Shown: one piece after another, positions 1 through 9,513 of the stretch | Numbering within the stretch: the stretch's first letter is position 1 | Layout of the letters: each line of letters opens with the position of its first letter | Virus record (IMG/VR): IMGVR_UViG_3300037247_001314 | Location: 32,001 to 96,000 of that record | Direction: 5' to 3' (one strand) | DNA from: a virus | Length of the DNA stretch: 64,000 nucleotides | The notes under the pieces: model-generated | What the model saw: the letters and a program-made list of their open reading frames with translations, nothing else | Told to the model about the DNA's origin: nothing | Database searches by the model: none | Made by a program: the position numbers and the translations under genes

Positions 1-70
1 TCGCTGTGAGCATTGCTGCGGCGAGGCCAACACCGAGCTTTGCCAAAAATCCTCGTCGTGTGTCGCTCAT
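1..70 (-). CDS. Partial gene (5' end only) with a twin-arginine-like signal peptide
   Basis: ATG at 70 overlaps the upstream stop (ATGA); translates MSDTRRGFLAKLGVGLAAAMLTA and runs off the window. Confidence 0.65.
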   Translation of the reverse strand, partial: MSDTRRGFLAKLGVGLAAAMLTA

Positions 71-522
71 GTTGCGTTCCCATCTTTCACGAGCGCAGAT
101 TTCAACAAGCCGCAAAGCTCGTTGACGCTCATACCGTAAAGCGGGCCGTCTTCCTCGAAGTCTTCGTCGGTGTGCCCTTGCGCAATGAGCGCCGCCTTCA
201 TCTTAGCAAATGCAGCTTCCTCAATGGCCACTACTTTTGCGGTGTAGTCGGGGCTCTCGCTTTTGATGGTGTGGTCGTCGACCGCTTGGAGAATCTCCGC
301 CACCATGCGGTCGTACCCTCTGGTCGCGCGTGAGCGCATGCTCCCGTGAAGTTCACGGAGCGCTTGGTGCTTGAGCACGGGTTCGTGCGCGTGCAGGGAA
401 GCCTTCTGGAGCGCGTTGGCGAGCTCGGGCGCATCGACTGCAAGCGCCTTCGCGAGTTCGTCGAGAAGGTCAGAGCCGCGCTCTGCGAGTTCCCCTTTGG
501 TGGCGTCCAGACGTAGCCTCAT
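67..522 (-). CDS. Hypothetical protein, probably head-associated
   Basis: Start moved to ATG 522 (ATGA overlap with the upstream stop); next to the portal operon; carries LAKA/LQKA/LLKS motifs. Confidence 0.7.
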   Translation of the reverse strand: MRLRLDATKGELAERGSDLLDELAKALAVDAPELANALQKASLHAHEPVLKHQALRELHGSMRSRATRGYDRMVAEILQAVDDHTIKSESPDYTAKVVAIEEAAFAKMKAALIAQGHTDEDFEEDGPLYGMSVNELCGLLKSALVKDGNAT

Positions 523-926
523 GGCGTTATGGGATCTCCCCACACCGCCCAAAGGAGTCGCAGGTCTGCAAGCGGAGTGACCTTCAGCGACGTGACGATA
601 GCCTCCATGAACACTTTCGCGTCTGGAGCTTTAGGCGCGGTGGCTACGTCGGTCTGTCCTCGACGCACCTGGATGACTTGCCCGCTGTTGTTGATTTCTA
701 GGTCGAAGTCGTTATCGGCTCGCAAGAAAAAACCGTAGATGGTGGTGGGGCCACCGAGGGGGACATCAAACTCGCCGGCAGCAAGAGTGATGTCCCTGGT
801 GTCGTTGCCCTGGCTAGCGAAGCCGTCGAGGATGGTCTCCGCTAGGACGTCGCTCAGTCCGAGCAAGATGGAGGTGCCATCTTTGTCCTCAGTGAAACGT
901 GGGTTGACGGTGTGTCGAATGCGCAT
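519..926 (-). CDS. Hypothetical virion protein
   Basis: 135 aa, GGGAGG RBS, beta-rich composition, directly downstream of portal. Confidence 0.7.
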   Translation of the reverse strand: MRIRHTVNPRFTEDKDGTSILLGLSDVLAETILDGFASQGNDTRDITLAAGEFDVPLGGPTTIYGFFLRADNDFDLEINNSGQVIQVRRGQTDVATAPKAPDAKVFMEAIVTSLKVTPLADLRLLWAVWGDPITP

Positions 927-935
927 AGCGCCTCC

Positions 936-2852
936 CTACAGGTCGAGGTCAATGTGCAAAACTGCGGCTCGGCGCTCGGCCTTCTTCAGTTTCGTAGCAA
1001 GGTGTGCGCGCTGGCCATCATACTGATCGGCGAGGGCGGACTCTCGCGCTGCGTGCGCCTTGTACTGCACAGCTAGGGCGCGAGCTTGGTCCCGCTCCAC
1101 TTTCAAATCGTGAATGGGCTGCCCCTTGCGTAGCGCCGCATCCGCGCGCATGGCCTCGGTAGGTGAGTGCGTCCAGAGACCGTCGGCGCTCTGAAGCCAA
1201 CCATCCATCCATCCCATCGACTTCGCAGCCGCATCAGGCTTAGCAGGCTTGCCGGGAGGACCACCCTCAACGTTGTTGCTTGCGCCTTCGTCGTCAGCCG
1301 CGTTCTCATTCTGGATGCCATCGAGTTCGCCGCCGAAGCCGTCGTCTTCCTCGCCAGGCTCGGGGGGAGGGGCGAAGTCGCCGACCTCCATGTCCTGCTG
1401 AGCGGCCATCGTCTTGTTCTGCATCCAGACAGGGTTGAGGATGACCTCGCCTTCGCCGTCTGGAAGCGGTGGCAAGTCTTCTTCGGCACGCACTTCGTCC
1501 ACGGTCTTGTACGACGACACGAGCTTGGTGTTGAGGTCTGCGAGCTCCTCGGGCGACGCAGCGTCGAGCCCCACGAAAGCAAACTCGAAGTCCTCGTCGA
1601 TGCGGTGGACGAGGTACGACGACAACCGGTGCGCGATGAACCGAAGCAGCGGTTGCAGCCCTTTGTCTTTCGAGTTCGCGAGCTTCTGTTTGTTGTTGCT
1701 CTCAAACATCGACGATGCGCCGCCGCTGTCGCCGTACTTGAAGTTGATTTCAAGCGGGTCCATCCCATAAATGGCGCACGCAACCTTGATGAGGAAATCG
1801 AACCACGCGCTAAACTCCATGTCTTTGTTGGACTCTTGGAGCTTGATGTATTCCAGACCTTCGGCGTTGGTGATGGGAGTTTTGAACGCGTTCTCGATGC
1901 CGGCGACCATCGAGTACCAGTGTCGACGGAAAGCGCGCAGCTGGCGCTCAGGCACCGCACCCTTGAAGTTGATGATGCCCTTGGAGCTTGTGCCTTGACT
2001 GAAAAACTTTTGGTTGTAGTCCCATGACCAAAGCAGCGACGTCACCGTCGTGATGAGCATCTCCGTCTCAGCAACGCCGTAGCCTTGGTTGCGAATGTCG
2101 GTGACGGGGTTGCGGATGCCGAAGCACAGTTGGTCCGCGCCATACTCCGCGGTGACGAGGCCATCATAAATCTGGACGTAGCGCGTCTCGTCTGGGTTCC
2201 CTTGGTAGTGGAGCTTGGTGGTGTCTGCGATGCGCAACGTAGCGCCGTCGACGGCGTAGAAGTCGAAGGGTTTGTGCCCGCGGTCTTCGCGCACCTCAAA
2301 ACCCATCTGGTCGTAGGTGAGCGCGTCGCGAGTGATTTTGCGAAGGAACGTCTCAAAGTTGTCACGGGCGTTCGGGGTAGCCTCGTCAGCCACCTTGCCC
2401 GTCGTCATCATCCAGTTGGTGATTTCTTTGCTCATCTTCTCGCTGGCACGAGAGGGGGCTGCCTTGCGGTCGCGCAGCTGAATGCGGAAACCTGTCTGGA
2501 ACTTATCCTCTTGCGGCATCGAGAACGACGCCAGCTGGTCGGTGCGAGTTTTGATTATCGCCTGGAGGATGGGCATGCGAAAGACCATCGCCTGCAGCGT
2601 CGAATAGCTGATGGAGCTCGGGCGCTCTTTATACCCGAGCGCGTCGATGACGCTGAACGGGTCCCAAAAAAGTGCCTTAGGCTCCGCCGTGGGGTCGCCA
2701 ATCTCCGACGGGTGCATTGCAGCGGTCGCAGGTGTGTTCTCCGACGGCTGTGCACCATCGTCGTCCTCGTCACCCTGAGCTTTGGCGAGGACGTCGAGGG
2801 CAGCTACCGAAGCAGCGCCCGCGGCGTCTCGCATGGTATCGAACAACCCCAA
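936..2852 (-). CDS. Portal protein
   Basis: 638 aa with portal motifs FYAVDGATLR, GYGVAETE, YNQKFFSQG, DMEFSAW and TVDEVRAEEDLPPLPDG; close to terminase. Confidence 0.93.
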   Translation of the reverse strand: MGLFDTMRDAAGAASVAALDVLAKAQGDEDDDGAQPSENTPATAAMHPSEIGDPTAEPKALFWDPFSVIDALGYKERPSSISYSTLQAMVFRMPILQAIIKTRTDQLASFSMPQEDKFQTGFRIQLRDRKAAPSRASEKMSKEITNWMMTTGKVADEATPNARDNFETFLRKITRDALTYDQMGFEVREDRGHKPFDFYAVDGATLRIADTTKLHYQGNPDETRYVQIYDGLVTAEYGADQLCFGIRNPVTDIRNQGYGVAETEMLITTVTSLLWSWDYNQKFFSQGTSSKGIINFKGAVPERQLRAFRRHWYSMVAGIENAFKTPITNAEGLEYIKLQESNKDMEFSAWFDFLIKVACAIYGMDPLEINFKYGDSGGASSMFESNNKQKLANSKDKGLQPLLRFIAHRLSSYLVHRIDEDFEFAFVGLDAASPEELADLNTKLVSSYKTVDEVRAEEDLPPLPDGEGEVILNPVWMQNKTMAAQQDMEVGDFAPPPEPGEEDDGFGGELDGIQNENAADDEGASNNVEGGPPGKPAKPDAAAKSMGWMDGWLQSADGLWTHSPTEAMRADAALRKGQPIHDLKVERDQARALAVQYKAHAARESALADQYDGQRAHLATKLKKAERRAAVLHIDLDL

Positions 2853-2860
2853 GGGAACCT

Positions 2861-5371
2861 CTAGTCGTCGAAGGAAAGCCCATCTGGAGCGTAGACGTCA
2901 CGGCCGGGAACCGGCCGGCGAAGGCCAGGACCCTTGCTGTGGGTCTGCGGCACTCCAGACGCGGGTGCTGGCGACATGCTCTTTTGCATCGTTCCAGACA
3001 GTCGGTCAACCCCACACTCGGGGCACTTGGTCAGCGCCTTCATCACCTGCGTGTTGCAAGCGGGGCACGCTTGGCTCTTGGTAAGGTCGTTGCCCAAGTC
3101 AAAGCCGGGCTGCCGACCGTGGTAGCCGAACGAATCTTTGTCGCTGTTGAGCAGCTCCATACAATCTTGGTCGCTGATATCCGTCATGATGATGCCGCCC
3201 TTCATCATGACCTTTATCTGACGACCATTTTGCAGCGGGGCCTCTTGGCTGGGGCCCACCCCGAGACCCAACTGAACGTCGGCTTCGCCCTTGCGCATCG
3301 CTTGGACAGCAGCGGCACGACGCTGTTGCTCGGCGATGACCTCAACGTCGGCGTGCAGAGGCATGCCGGTCTGCGCGTCGAGGCCGCTCTTGGAGAAAAG
3401 CTTTGAGGAGCTTTCGTTCTGGTGCAGGCCTGGCGAGCCAACTTGGGGGTTGCTTCCAGACGGAGCGCCGGGGCTCATTCCAGACGCACCGCCATGGACG
3501 TCGTGCGTCTTAGCTCGCAACGAGCTTTGGTTGCCGGTATGATTCGGGCCGTAAGCGGGCCCCCCTTGGCTGCGCTTTTCCCCAAGACCAGCGGCGCCGG
3601 TCTGTGGGCTCGACGCTGAGGCTGCGGCCGAGCTTGGGTGGCCTGGCATCGGAGCAGTCGCATCACCGTAGGCGTTGCCTCCCTGGCTGGCTGCTGAGCG
3701 CTGCGCGCCCTGTGCGCCGTACGCGCTCGCGGGAGCTCCAGGGATGATAATCATCCCGTGCTCGTCCTTCATCTTGTCGGTGTCGTTGGGGTCGTCGGGT
3801 GTGAACTGATCGGTCGTTCCCGTCTTTCCAGACACAAGGCTGTTTTGTGGCACGTCAGGCCCTCCTTGATTAGCGCCGTAAGCGTCGCCGGCAGCGCTGT
3901 TCACTTCATTGATTCCAGACGCGCCAGTGCGAACTGCCGGTCCTCCGCCGATGCCCCCATGAGCTCCGACGCCATCGAGCCTACCACCTTCCTCGGTGCG
4001 GCTCACTTCGACGTTACCGGCGTAGCCATTGCGCTCGTCGAGGCCTTGCCGCACACCCTTTGGTAGGGGCTTACCGGTCTTGCCCATTCCGTAGTCCCCG
4101 GTGCCCGGCCCGAGATTACCTTTTCGAAGCCAATCGACAAGGCCGCCGTTGTCGCTCGCAAAACTCTTCTTGGTGTCGTCGGGCACAAGAATGCCCCCCA
4201 CTTTCTTCATCCCATACTTAGCAGCGGAGAGGCCTTGTCGCACAACTGCGCCATCCCCTGAGACGGCATCCTTGCCCGTGTGCTTCTTATGCAAATGATG
4301 GTCGTGGTCACCAGCTTTGGCTTCGTCGTGAAAATCGTCCGCCATGCGCTTAGCTGCGGCAGCACGGGTAGCGGGGTCAAACGCATGGGAGCCACCACCT
4401 CCTGCGCCGCCCATGTCCTTCTTGTATTTCTGTGAAGCGCTCGCAAGTAGGTGCCCGTAGAGCTTCGTTGCTTGAGCGTGATCGTATTTTCCAGACGCCA
4501 TTTTATTGACGAGGTTTTTTCGAATCGGCTCGTGCTGTTGGCGGTGCAGATCGCCGTCGTTCTCCGTGAACATCTGGAGTTCGCGGCTTCCTTCCGCGTC
4601 GTGGTGCTTTGCTGTTGGCGCTGACTTGCCCGAGTGTTTCTTGTCACTCCAAGGGATCTTGTGTGCGGGGTCCGCCCACTTGCCGCCGCGGGCTCCTATG
4701 TACGGGCCCGCTTTGCTGAGGCTATCGCCCTCCTCGACGAGGCCAGCGTAGCTCTTGGAGAACGTGTCTTCAGCAGCGACATCAAGCGCATCGGCTTCAC
4801 CGGCATCGCTGAGCCAAGCGTTGAGCCCCTTATTCATCTCAGAGTAGTCGCCGCCCTTGGCCGCCATTGGTGGGGGGCCTTCGTTGCTCTCGGCGCCTTC
4901 TTCTTTCGCAGCTTCGGCTTCCGCTTCGTCTGGAGCGTTCGCATCCACACCGTCGTCGTCACCATCGGCTTCCGTGCCACCTTCAACGTTTTTCTGCTCA
5001 GCCGGTTTGTCGCTACCGGTCCCACCTTTGAGAAGGTAGTCGAAGCCACTGGAGTCCATTGCGCGTGCTGCGGGCGCGGGAGCGACTGGGGCGGGTGCTC
5101 GAGCGGGCGCTGCAGTTTCCCCACCCTTTTCCAGACGCTCGCTTTTGGCAATGTGCCACTCGTAGCGCTGTTGATGGGCGGTGGTTTGCTCATCGTCGAC
5201 AAGACCGAGCACGACTTCGTCAGGTGCGTCTTGGCTCTTATGCAGGGCACGGGAGGCGTCGCGTGCGAGCGCATGCGCATCGGCGGCACTCTTATGGAGA
5301 GCAAGCGTGTCGTGCTGGACCGCTTGAGCGGTGGCTTCTTGGGCCTTATCGGCGAGGTCGGCGTATTTCAT
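2861..5371 (-). CDS. Large low-complexity probable inner-head/ejected protein with C-terminal Zn ribbon
   Basis: 836 aa, G/A/S rich, many hydrophobic-x-K-[SAG] motifs, folded core ELQMFTENDGDLHRQ...GKYD, CPAC...CPEC near C-terminus. Confidence 0.7.
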   Translation of the reverse strand: MKYADLADKAQEATAQAVQHDTLALHKSAADAHALARDASRALHKSQDAPDEVVLGLVDDEQTTAHQQRYEWHIAKSERLEKGGETAAPARAPAPVAPAPAARAMDSSGFDYLLKGGTGSDKPAEQKNVEGGTEADGDDDGVDANAPDEAEAEAAKEEGAESNEGPPPMAAKGGDYSEMNKGLNAWLSDAGEADALDVAAEDTFSKSYAGLVEEGDSLSKAGPYIGARGGKWADPAHKIPWSDKKHSGKSAPTAKHHDAEGSRELQMFTENDGDLHRQQHEPIRKNLVNKMASGKYDHAQATKLYGHLLASASQKYKKDMGGAGGGGSHAFDPATRAAAAKRMADDFHDEAKAGDHDHHLHKKHTGKDAVSGDGAVVRQGLSAAKYGMKKVGGILVPDDTKKSFASDNGGLVDWLRKGNLGPGTGDYGMGKTGKPLPKGVRQGLDERNGYAGNVEVSRTEEGGRLDGVGAHGGIGGGPAVRTGASGINEVNSAAGDAYGANQGGPDVPQNSLVSGKTGTTDQFTPDDPNDTDKMKDEHGMIIIPGAPASAYGAQGAQRSAASQGGNAYGDATAPMPGHPSSAAASASSPQTGAAGLGEKRSQGGPAYGPNHTGNQSSLRAKTHDVHGGASGMSPGAPSGSNPQVGSPGLHQNESSSKLFSKSGLDAQTGMPLHADVEVIAEQQRRAAAVQAMRKGEADVQLGLGVGPSQEAPLQNGRQIKVMMKGGIIMTDISDQDCMELLNSDKDSFGYHGRQPGFDLGNDLTKSQACPACNTQVMKALTKCPECGVDRLSGTMQKSMSPAPASGVPQTHSKGPGLRRPVPGRDVYAPDGLSFDD

Positions 5372-5406
5372 GTCAGAACCTTAGCTGAAAGAGACGTTGA
5401 GGTCTT

Positions 5407-6513
5407 TTACCCCTTGGAGCCCGCTGCGCCCAGCTTCTTCACGGCAGCAGGTTTGAGATTTCCGCCCGCGTGCGAAAGTTCGCCAGCGCGGACAGAATCC
5501 CGGATAGCATCTTTGATGAGCTCGTCGTCGTAACCGCCGTAGCCCTTGAGGTCGTCAAGGGAGCAGCCCTTGCCTATGCGCTTGACAAGACCAGCCCGGC
5601 ATTTCTTCTTGAGCACGTCGCGTCCAGACACATGTGCGCCGTCTTGTTTCGCGTAGTCGTCCTCGTTGTAGAAGTAACGGTGCTTGCCCGTTTCCTTATT
5701 CGTCACACGACGGTGGTAGCTACCCCCTCGGGGGTCAGCCTTCCGCATCGACTCATCAAAGTCAGGATGCGAATCGTCGCCGGTGTCGTCATAAATCTGC
5801 TTTGCGAGTTCACGACCAGCTGCGTCCATCGCGAGGCAGTAGCGTTCGCCCGCGCTGAGTTCGCTTTTTCGCAAACCTTGCAACCGCCGCTGTAGACGCT
5901 GCGTCTCGTTGTGGTTGTCGCCATGGTCTCGGTAGTAGCGCGAAGCCCTGACAGTGACAGCTTTGCGCTGCACGGGATCTAGCTGCATGTACTGCAGCTG
6001 GTGGTTGAGCGACGTGCGAAAGTTGACCTCGGGATGTCCTATGTTGTCCCGCACCTGCGTCTGGATTTGCTGCTCTTGCGCAAGAGAGAGCGCAAGCCCG
6101 CGCGTTACGCCGGCTGGGCTGTGCACGGGCTCGTTGAAGCTCAAGAGCTTTGCAGCCGTCCGACCCCCACGAGGCATCGCCGTCAACGCGCTCGGGATGG
6201 TCATGCGAGGGATTTGTCCAGACACGATGCCTGTTGCCTTACTCAGCCCGCCGTTTGCTTCAGTCATCGTGTCGAGGTCGTACTGAACGCCAGTGCCGTA
6301 GAGCCCACTATCATCGACGCTACCAAGCATCGGCTGGTTGTCGGTGACGAGGACATGGAAGCATTCGCCGCTCTTCTCCGTCTTGCTTGTGAACGTGCCG
6401 CCCATCGCTTGATAAACGCCTGAGACGTAGGCGTAGTTTTCGCCTTGGCCTTGCTCTGCTGCCTTTTTTTCCGCGCGCTTCCACTTGTCGTGGTCGGTGA
6501 CATTTGCCGGCAT
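5407..6513 (-). CDS. Probable head-associated protein
   Basis: 368 aa between terminase and portal; K-[SA] motifs; module KADPRGGSYHRRV...YFY. Confidence 0.7.
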   Translation of the reverse strand: MPANVTDHDKWKRAEKKAAEQGQGENYAYVSGVYQAMGGTFTSKTEKSGECFHVLVTDNQPMLGSVDDSGLYGTGVQYDLDTMTEANGGLSKATGIVSGQIPRMTIPSALTAMPRGGRTAAKLLSFNEPVHSPAGVTRGLALSLAQEQQIQTQVRDNIGHPEVNFRTSLNHQLQYMQLDPVQRKAVTVRASRYYRDHGDNHNETQRLQRRLQGLRKSELSAGERYCLAMDAAGRELAKQIYDDTGDDSHPDFDESMRKADPRGGSYHRRVTNKETGKHRYFYNEDDYAKQDGAHVSGRDVLKKKCRAGLVKRIGKGCSLDDLKGYGGYDDELIKDAIRDSVRAGELSHAGGNLKPAAVKKLGAAGSKG

Positions 6514-6566
6514 TCAGACTCCGAGCTGTAGTGTGGCCTGTTAGGCCCGGTGCTGTCGATTTCTGT

Positions 6567-8501
6567 CTACCATTCAAAATCCTTATTGCCGAGTCCTGGC
6601 AAATGGCGCCAGGCGAGTTCATCTGGATGCAGCTGGTCGTCTGGCACGAGGGAGGCCTCCTGCGCTGACCGTGTTGCTCGCGGGCCCACAAGATTCTCGA
6701 CGGTGAGGTGCTGAGCGATAAAGTCTTTGATGGCGTCCTTAGGCGCGTCCTCGATTTCGACGTCGCCGCCCCACTCCTGCAGCAAGTCGCCCACAGGGTC
6801 GTCCCCCCACTGTGCTGCGTCCGGCTCGACCATCTGTTGGTCCAGGAGTTGGTCAAGGCTGAGGTCGTCGTCGCCCTCCTCACCAAAGGAGAAGCCAAAG
6901 GCCCCTGCCCTGACCGCGCAGTTAGCGATCCAGAAAGCCATCACCGTGTCGTCGTGAGAGCCGACGCCTTGGAGCTTGCCCTCCAGCCACGTGAAGTGCC
7001 GCATTTCCTTTATCCAGATGTCGCTCTTCTCGACGCTCTCTTGGTCGCCGCGGGGAATGCGCACCTTCGCGTTTTCCAGCAACACGCGCAGCTGGGGCAC
7101 GCCGCCTTCGAGGGTGTTTTTGTTCATCGTGTGCGTGTTGCCTGAAGGTTGCGCCGAGTTTGACTTCTTGGTTCCAGACGTCACGAACTTGTAGATGGGC
7201 AGGTCAGTCTCGCGGATGAGGTCATCAGCAAAGATGCGTTGCATTTGATTCGATTCCAGATAGATGAGGTCAGCGTCGTACTTTCGCCCGAGTGCGTTGA
7301 TGAGTCCCAGTTGTTGTTTGTATTCCAGACCGTGGTGGCGTTGGATGTCGATGATCCATCTGTTGCGTGCTTGGTCCAGACCGAGGACGAAGCCGACGGT
7401 GTAGTCCGCCCCCGTCGACGTCGAGATGGCGAAGTCGAAACCAATGTAGAAGCTCGTGATGCCGAGCTCCTCGTAGTACGCACGCGTCTGCCCCATCTTC
7501 ACGCCCAGCTGCTCGGTAGGCGACCCTCGGAAGAGTCGGCCGGGGAACAAGCTCATCTCGTCGCTGATGGGCTCGCACATGAACTCGCGCGTGAAGCGCA
7601 CGCTCTTGATTTCGAGTTCGCGCTCTTCGAGAGACTCGACGACAATGCCTTGTTCCAAGTAGCGAAGCCGTTCGGCCTTCGTCGCGCAGAATCGCTCGGG
7701 CCACAGCGCCTCACCTGCCAGATTGCGTGCTGCGTATTTGCGGTAGCAGTAGCGTTTGTTCTCAGCGAGGTCAGCGTAGAGGTCGGCCGCGTGGAACGGT
7801 GTGCCCACGACGATGACCTGGCCGCCAGGGTTCACCATGTTTGTGATGGCCGTGTAGAAGTAGTCTATGTGCTTGTTGCGAACGAGTTCGCTATACGCGT
7901 CCTCGTCGTTGAGCCCGTCGTCGACGACGATCCAGTCAGGGTGGGCTCCGCGGATCTTGGTGCCGAAACCGCGCGCGTAGATTTTATGGCCGTTGGCCAA
8001 AGTGATCTGAGTCTTGCTCCAGTTGCGCGCTTTGTTCTTCGGGTTGAGGAACGCAAGCTTGGGGTTGCTCTCAATCTCCTCTTTGATGTCTTCGAGGATT
8101 CGAACAGCCTGCTCTTGCGTCGCCGAGAAGATGTAACCTCGACCACCAGGCATGAACGCCGCTTTCCAAATAGGAAAAGCGAAGTCGAAGAAAAATGTTT
8201 TTCCGTGATTTCTCGGGGCCAACACGCAGATGCGGTCTTCTTTGGCGACGAGTTCGTCCCACTCCATGTGGTGTTCGGCGACGATGAAATGGCTGTTGTA
8301 GGGAGCCTGCACTGGCCCAGACAGACACTCGCTCGCGAAGAAAGCGCATGACTCCCGCATCATCTCGATGGTGAGCGCGTCCCAGTCGTCGTCGCCACCT
8401 TCGACCGCAGCGTGGGCACGACGTTCTACAGCGTCGTCGTCCCACTCGGGAACGCCGCTACTAAAGAGCTCACCAAATCCGTTAGCCGGCATTGCCATCA
8501 T
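6567..8501 (-). CDS. terL: Terminase large subunit
   Basis: Walker A APRNHGKT, Walker B WIVVDD, coupling motif VGTP, nuclease YIGFDFA and HDDTVMA; acidic C-terminal tail. Confidence 0.95.
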   Translation of the reverse strand: MMAMPANGFGELFSSGVPEWDDDAVERRAHAAVEGGDDDWDALTIEMMRESCAFFASECLSGPVQAPYNSHFIVAEHHMEWDELVAKEDRICVLAPRNHGKTFFFDFAFPIWKAAFMPGGRGYIFSATQEQAVRILEDIKEEIESNPKLAFLNPKNKARNWSKTQITLANGHKIYARGFGTKIRGAHPDWIVVDDGLNDEDAYSELVRNKHIDYFYTAITNMVNPGGQVIVVGTPFHAADLYADLAENKRYCYRKYAARNLAGEALWPERFCATKAERLRYLEQGIVVESLEERELEIKSVRFTREFMCEPISDEMSLFPGRLFRGSPTEQLGVKMGQTRAYYEELGITSFYIGFDFAISTSTGADYTVGFVLGLDQARNRWIIDIQRHHGLEYKQQLGLINALGRKYDADLIYLESNQMQRIFADDLIRETDLPIYKFVTSGTKKSNSAQPSGNTHTMNKNTLEGGVPQLRVLLENAKVRIPRGDQESVEKSDIWIKEMRHFTWLEGKLQGVGSHDDTVMAFWIANCAVRAGAFGFSFGEEGDDDLSLDQLLDQQMVEPDAAQWGDDPVGDLLQEWGGDVEIEDAPKDAIKDFIAQHLTVENLVGPRATRSAQEASLVPDDQLHPDELAWRHLPGLGNKDFEW

Positions 8502-8541
8502 CGACTAGGTTGCCGTGGTCCAGACAAAATGTCCAGACGAG

Positions 8542-8820
8542 TCAATGCACAGGGTTGAGCAGTCCCACTTTTTGCATTGACGAATAGATACGATCGGCGA
8601 GCGTTAGCGCCTGCCCCTGGATGAGGAGCAAGTTGTCTTCGTCGAGGCCACCTTGCTGCGCGGCAAGACGCCAAAAAGCAGCGTTAGCTTCAGCCGCGAG
8701 CAGTTGCGCCTGGACATTGGGCTGCACGCCTTGTTCGTTCTCGTATTCAGAGGTCAGCTTGACGAGTTCGAGGCCGAGTCCTGCACCTACGCCTTGTTGA
8801 ATGAAGCCACTGCGGGGCAA
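8542..8820 (-). CDS. Hypothetical protein
   Basis: 92-aa helical ORF directly upstream of terL. Confidence 0.55.
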   Translation of the reverse strand: MPRSGFIQQGVGAGLGLELVKLTSEYENEQGVQPNVQAQLLAAEANAAFWRLAAQQGGLDEDNLLLIQGQALTLADRIYSSMQKVGLLNPVH

Positions 8821-8823
8821 TGC

Positions 8824-9036
8824 CTAATCGACCAAAGCAAACAGATGCTGGGACAAATGTGGAGCTGTAACGATCGCCAGAGTTTCCCAACCACCTTCAC
8901 CGTCCGCGATAAGAGGTGGATCGATGACGTCAGCCGCTATCACGTTTCCCCGTCTTGGTGGGCCCTTTCGCGGTCGATGCCACGCGTAACGTTTCTTGGC
9001 TTTGCCGCGAATGATGGTGCCCGCTTCAATCTGCAT
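8824..9036 (-). CDS. Hypothetical protein
   Basis: Start moved to ATG 9036 (MQIEAGT...) because the longer ORF runs through a terminator and structured RNA. Confidence 0.55.
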   Translation of the reverse strand: MQIEAGTIIRGKAKKRYAWHRPRKGPPRRGNVIAADVIDPPLIADGEGGWETLAIVTAPHLSQHLFALVD

Positions 9037-9056
9037 GCTGCAGCATACTCCCCAAC

Positions 9057-9458
9057 GAAAAAAGGCCGCAACCGTTGCCGGTGCGACCCCTTCCTCATAA
9101 CCGGGTTTATCGTGCAAGCACGAGGCACCCCGGTGGCCCCCAGTTACGGGAGTGCGCGGTTTCGGCTTTTAAGGGCCGTTCCATACACCCTCGGGGCATG
9201 CCCCCGAGCGCTCTGCGATGTATCCGCTCCCGTAACTTGCGCCACGCTCACGTCACACCATCGGCCGTGTTTCAAGCAGAGCTCATCGTTACCGACTCAC
9301 CCCTCAACACGACTGACCCTTCGCTGGTGGATAACGACGTCACCGCCAAAACCCGCGTCTGCTGTCTCCAGGTAGAAGAAACACCTCCAAGGAGGATGCC
9401 CCGCTTTGCCCGCTTGTTCCCCCGAAAGGAAACGCGCTTCGCTGCGCCAACGGGACGT
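9057..9458 (-). ncRNA. Unclassified ~400-nt multi-domain structured RNA
   Basis: No credible ORF; many nested helices including 11-bp AGUUACGGGAG/CUCCCGUAACU, UUCG and GAGA tetraloops; terminator at the 3' end; TTGACG upstream at 9482-9487. Confidence 0.75.
9058..9090 (-). terminator. Intrinsic terminator closing the ncRNA
   Basis: Minus strand GGUCGCACCG-GCAA-CGGUUGCGGCC followed by U6. Confidence 0.8.
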
Positions 9459-9513
9459 GTTGTCTCAAACGTCTGGGCGACCGTCAAGAACTTTTTTCAC
9501 ATCCGTCGCTTTT

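Noticed and set aside
9057-9458. ncRNA as RNase P, tmRNA or a self-splicing intron
   Set aside because: No GAGGAAAGUCC P4 motif, no tRNA-like ends or tag ORF, no group I P7 or group II domain V signature, and it does not interrupt a gene.
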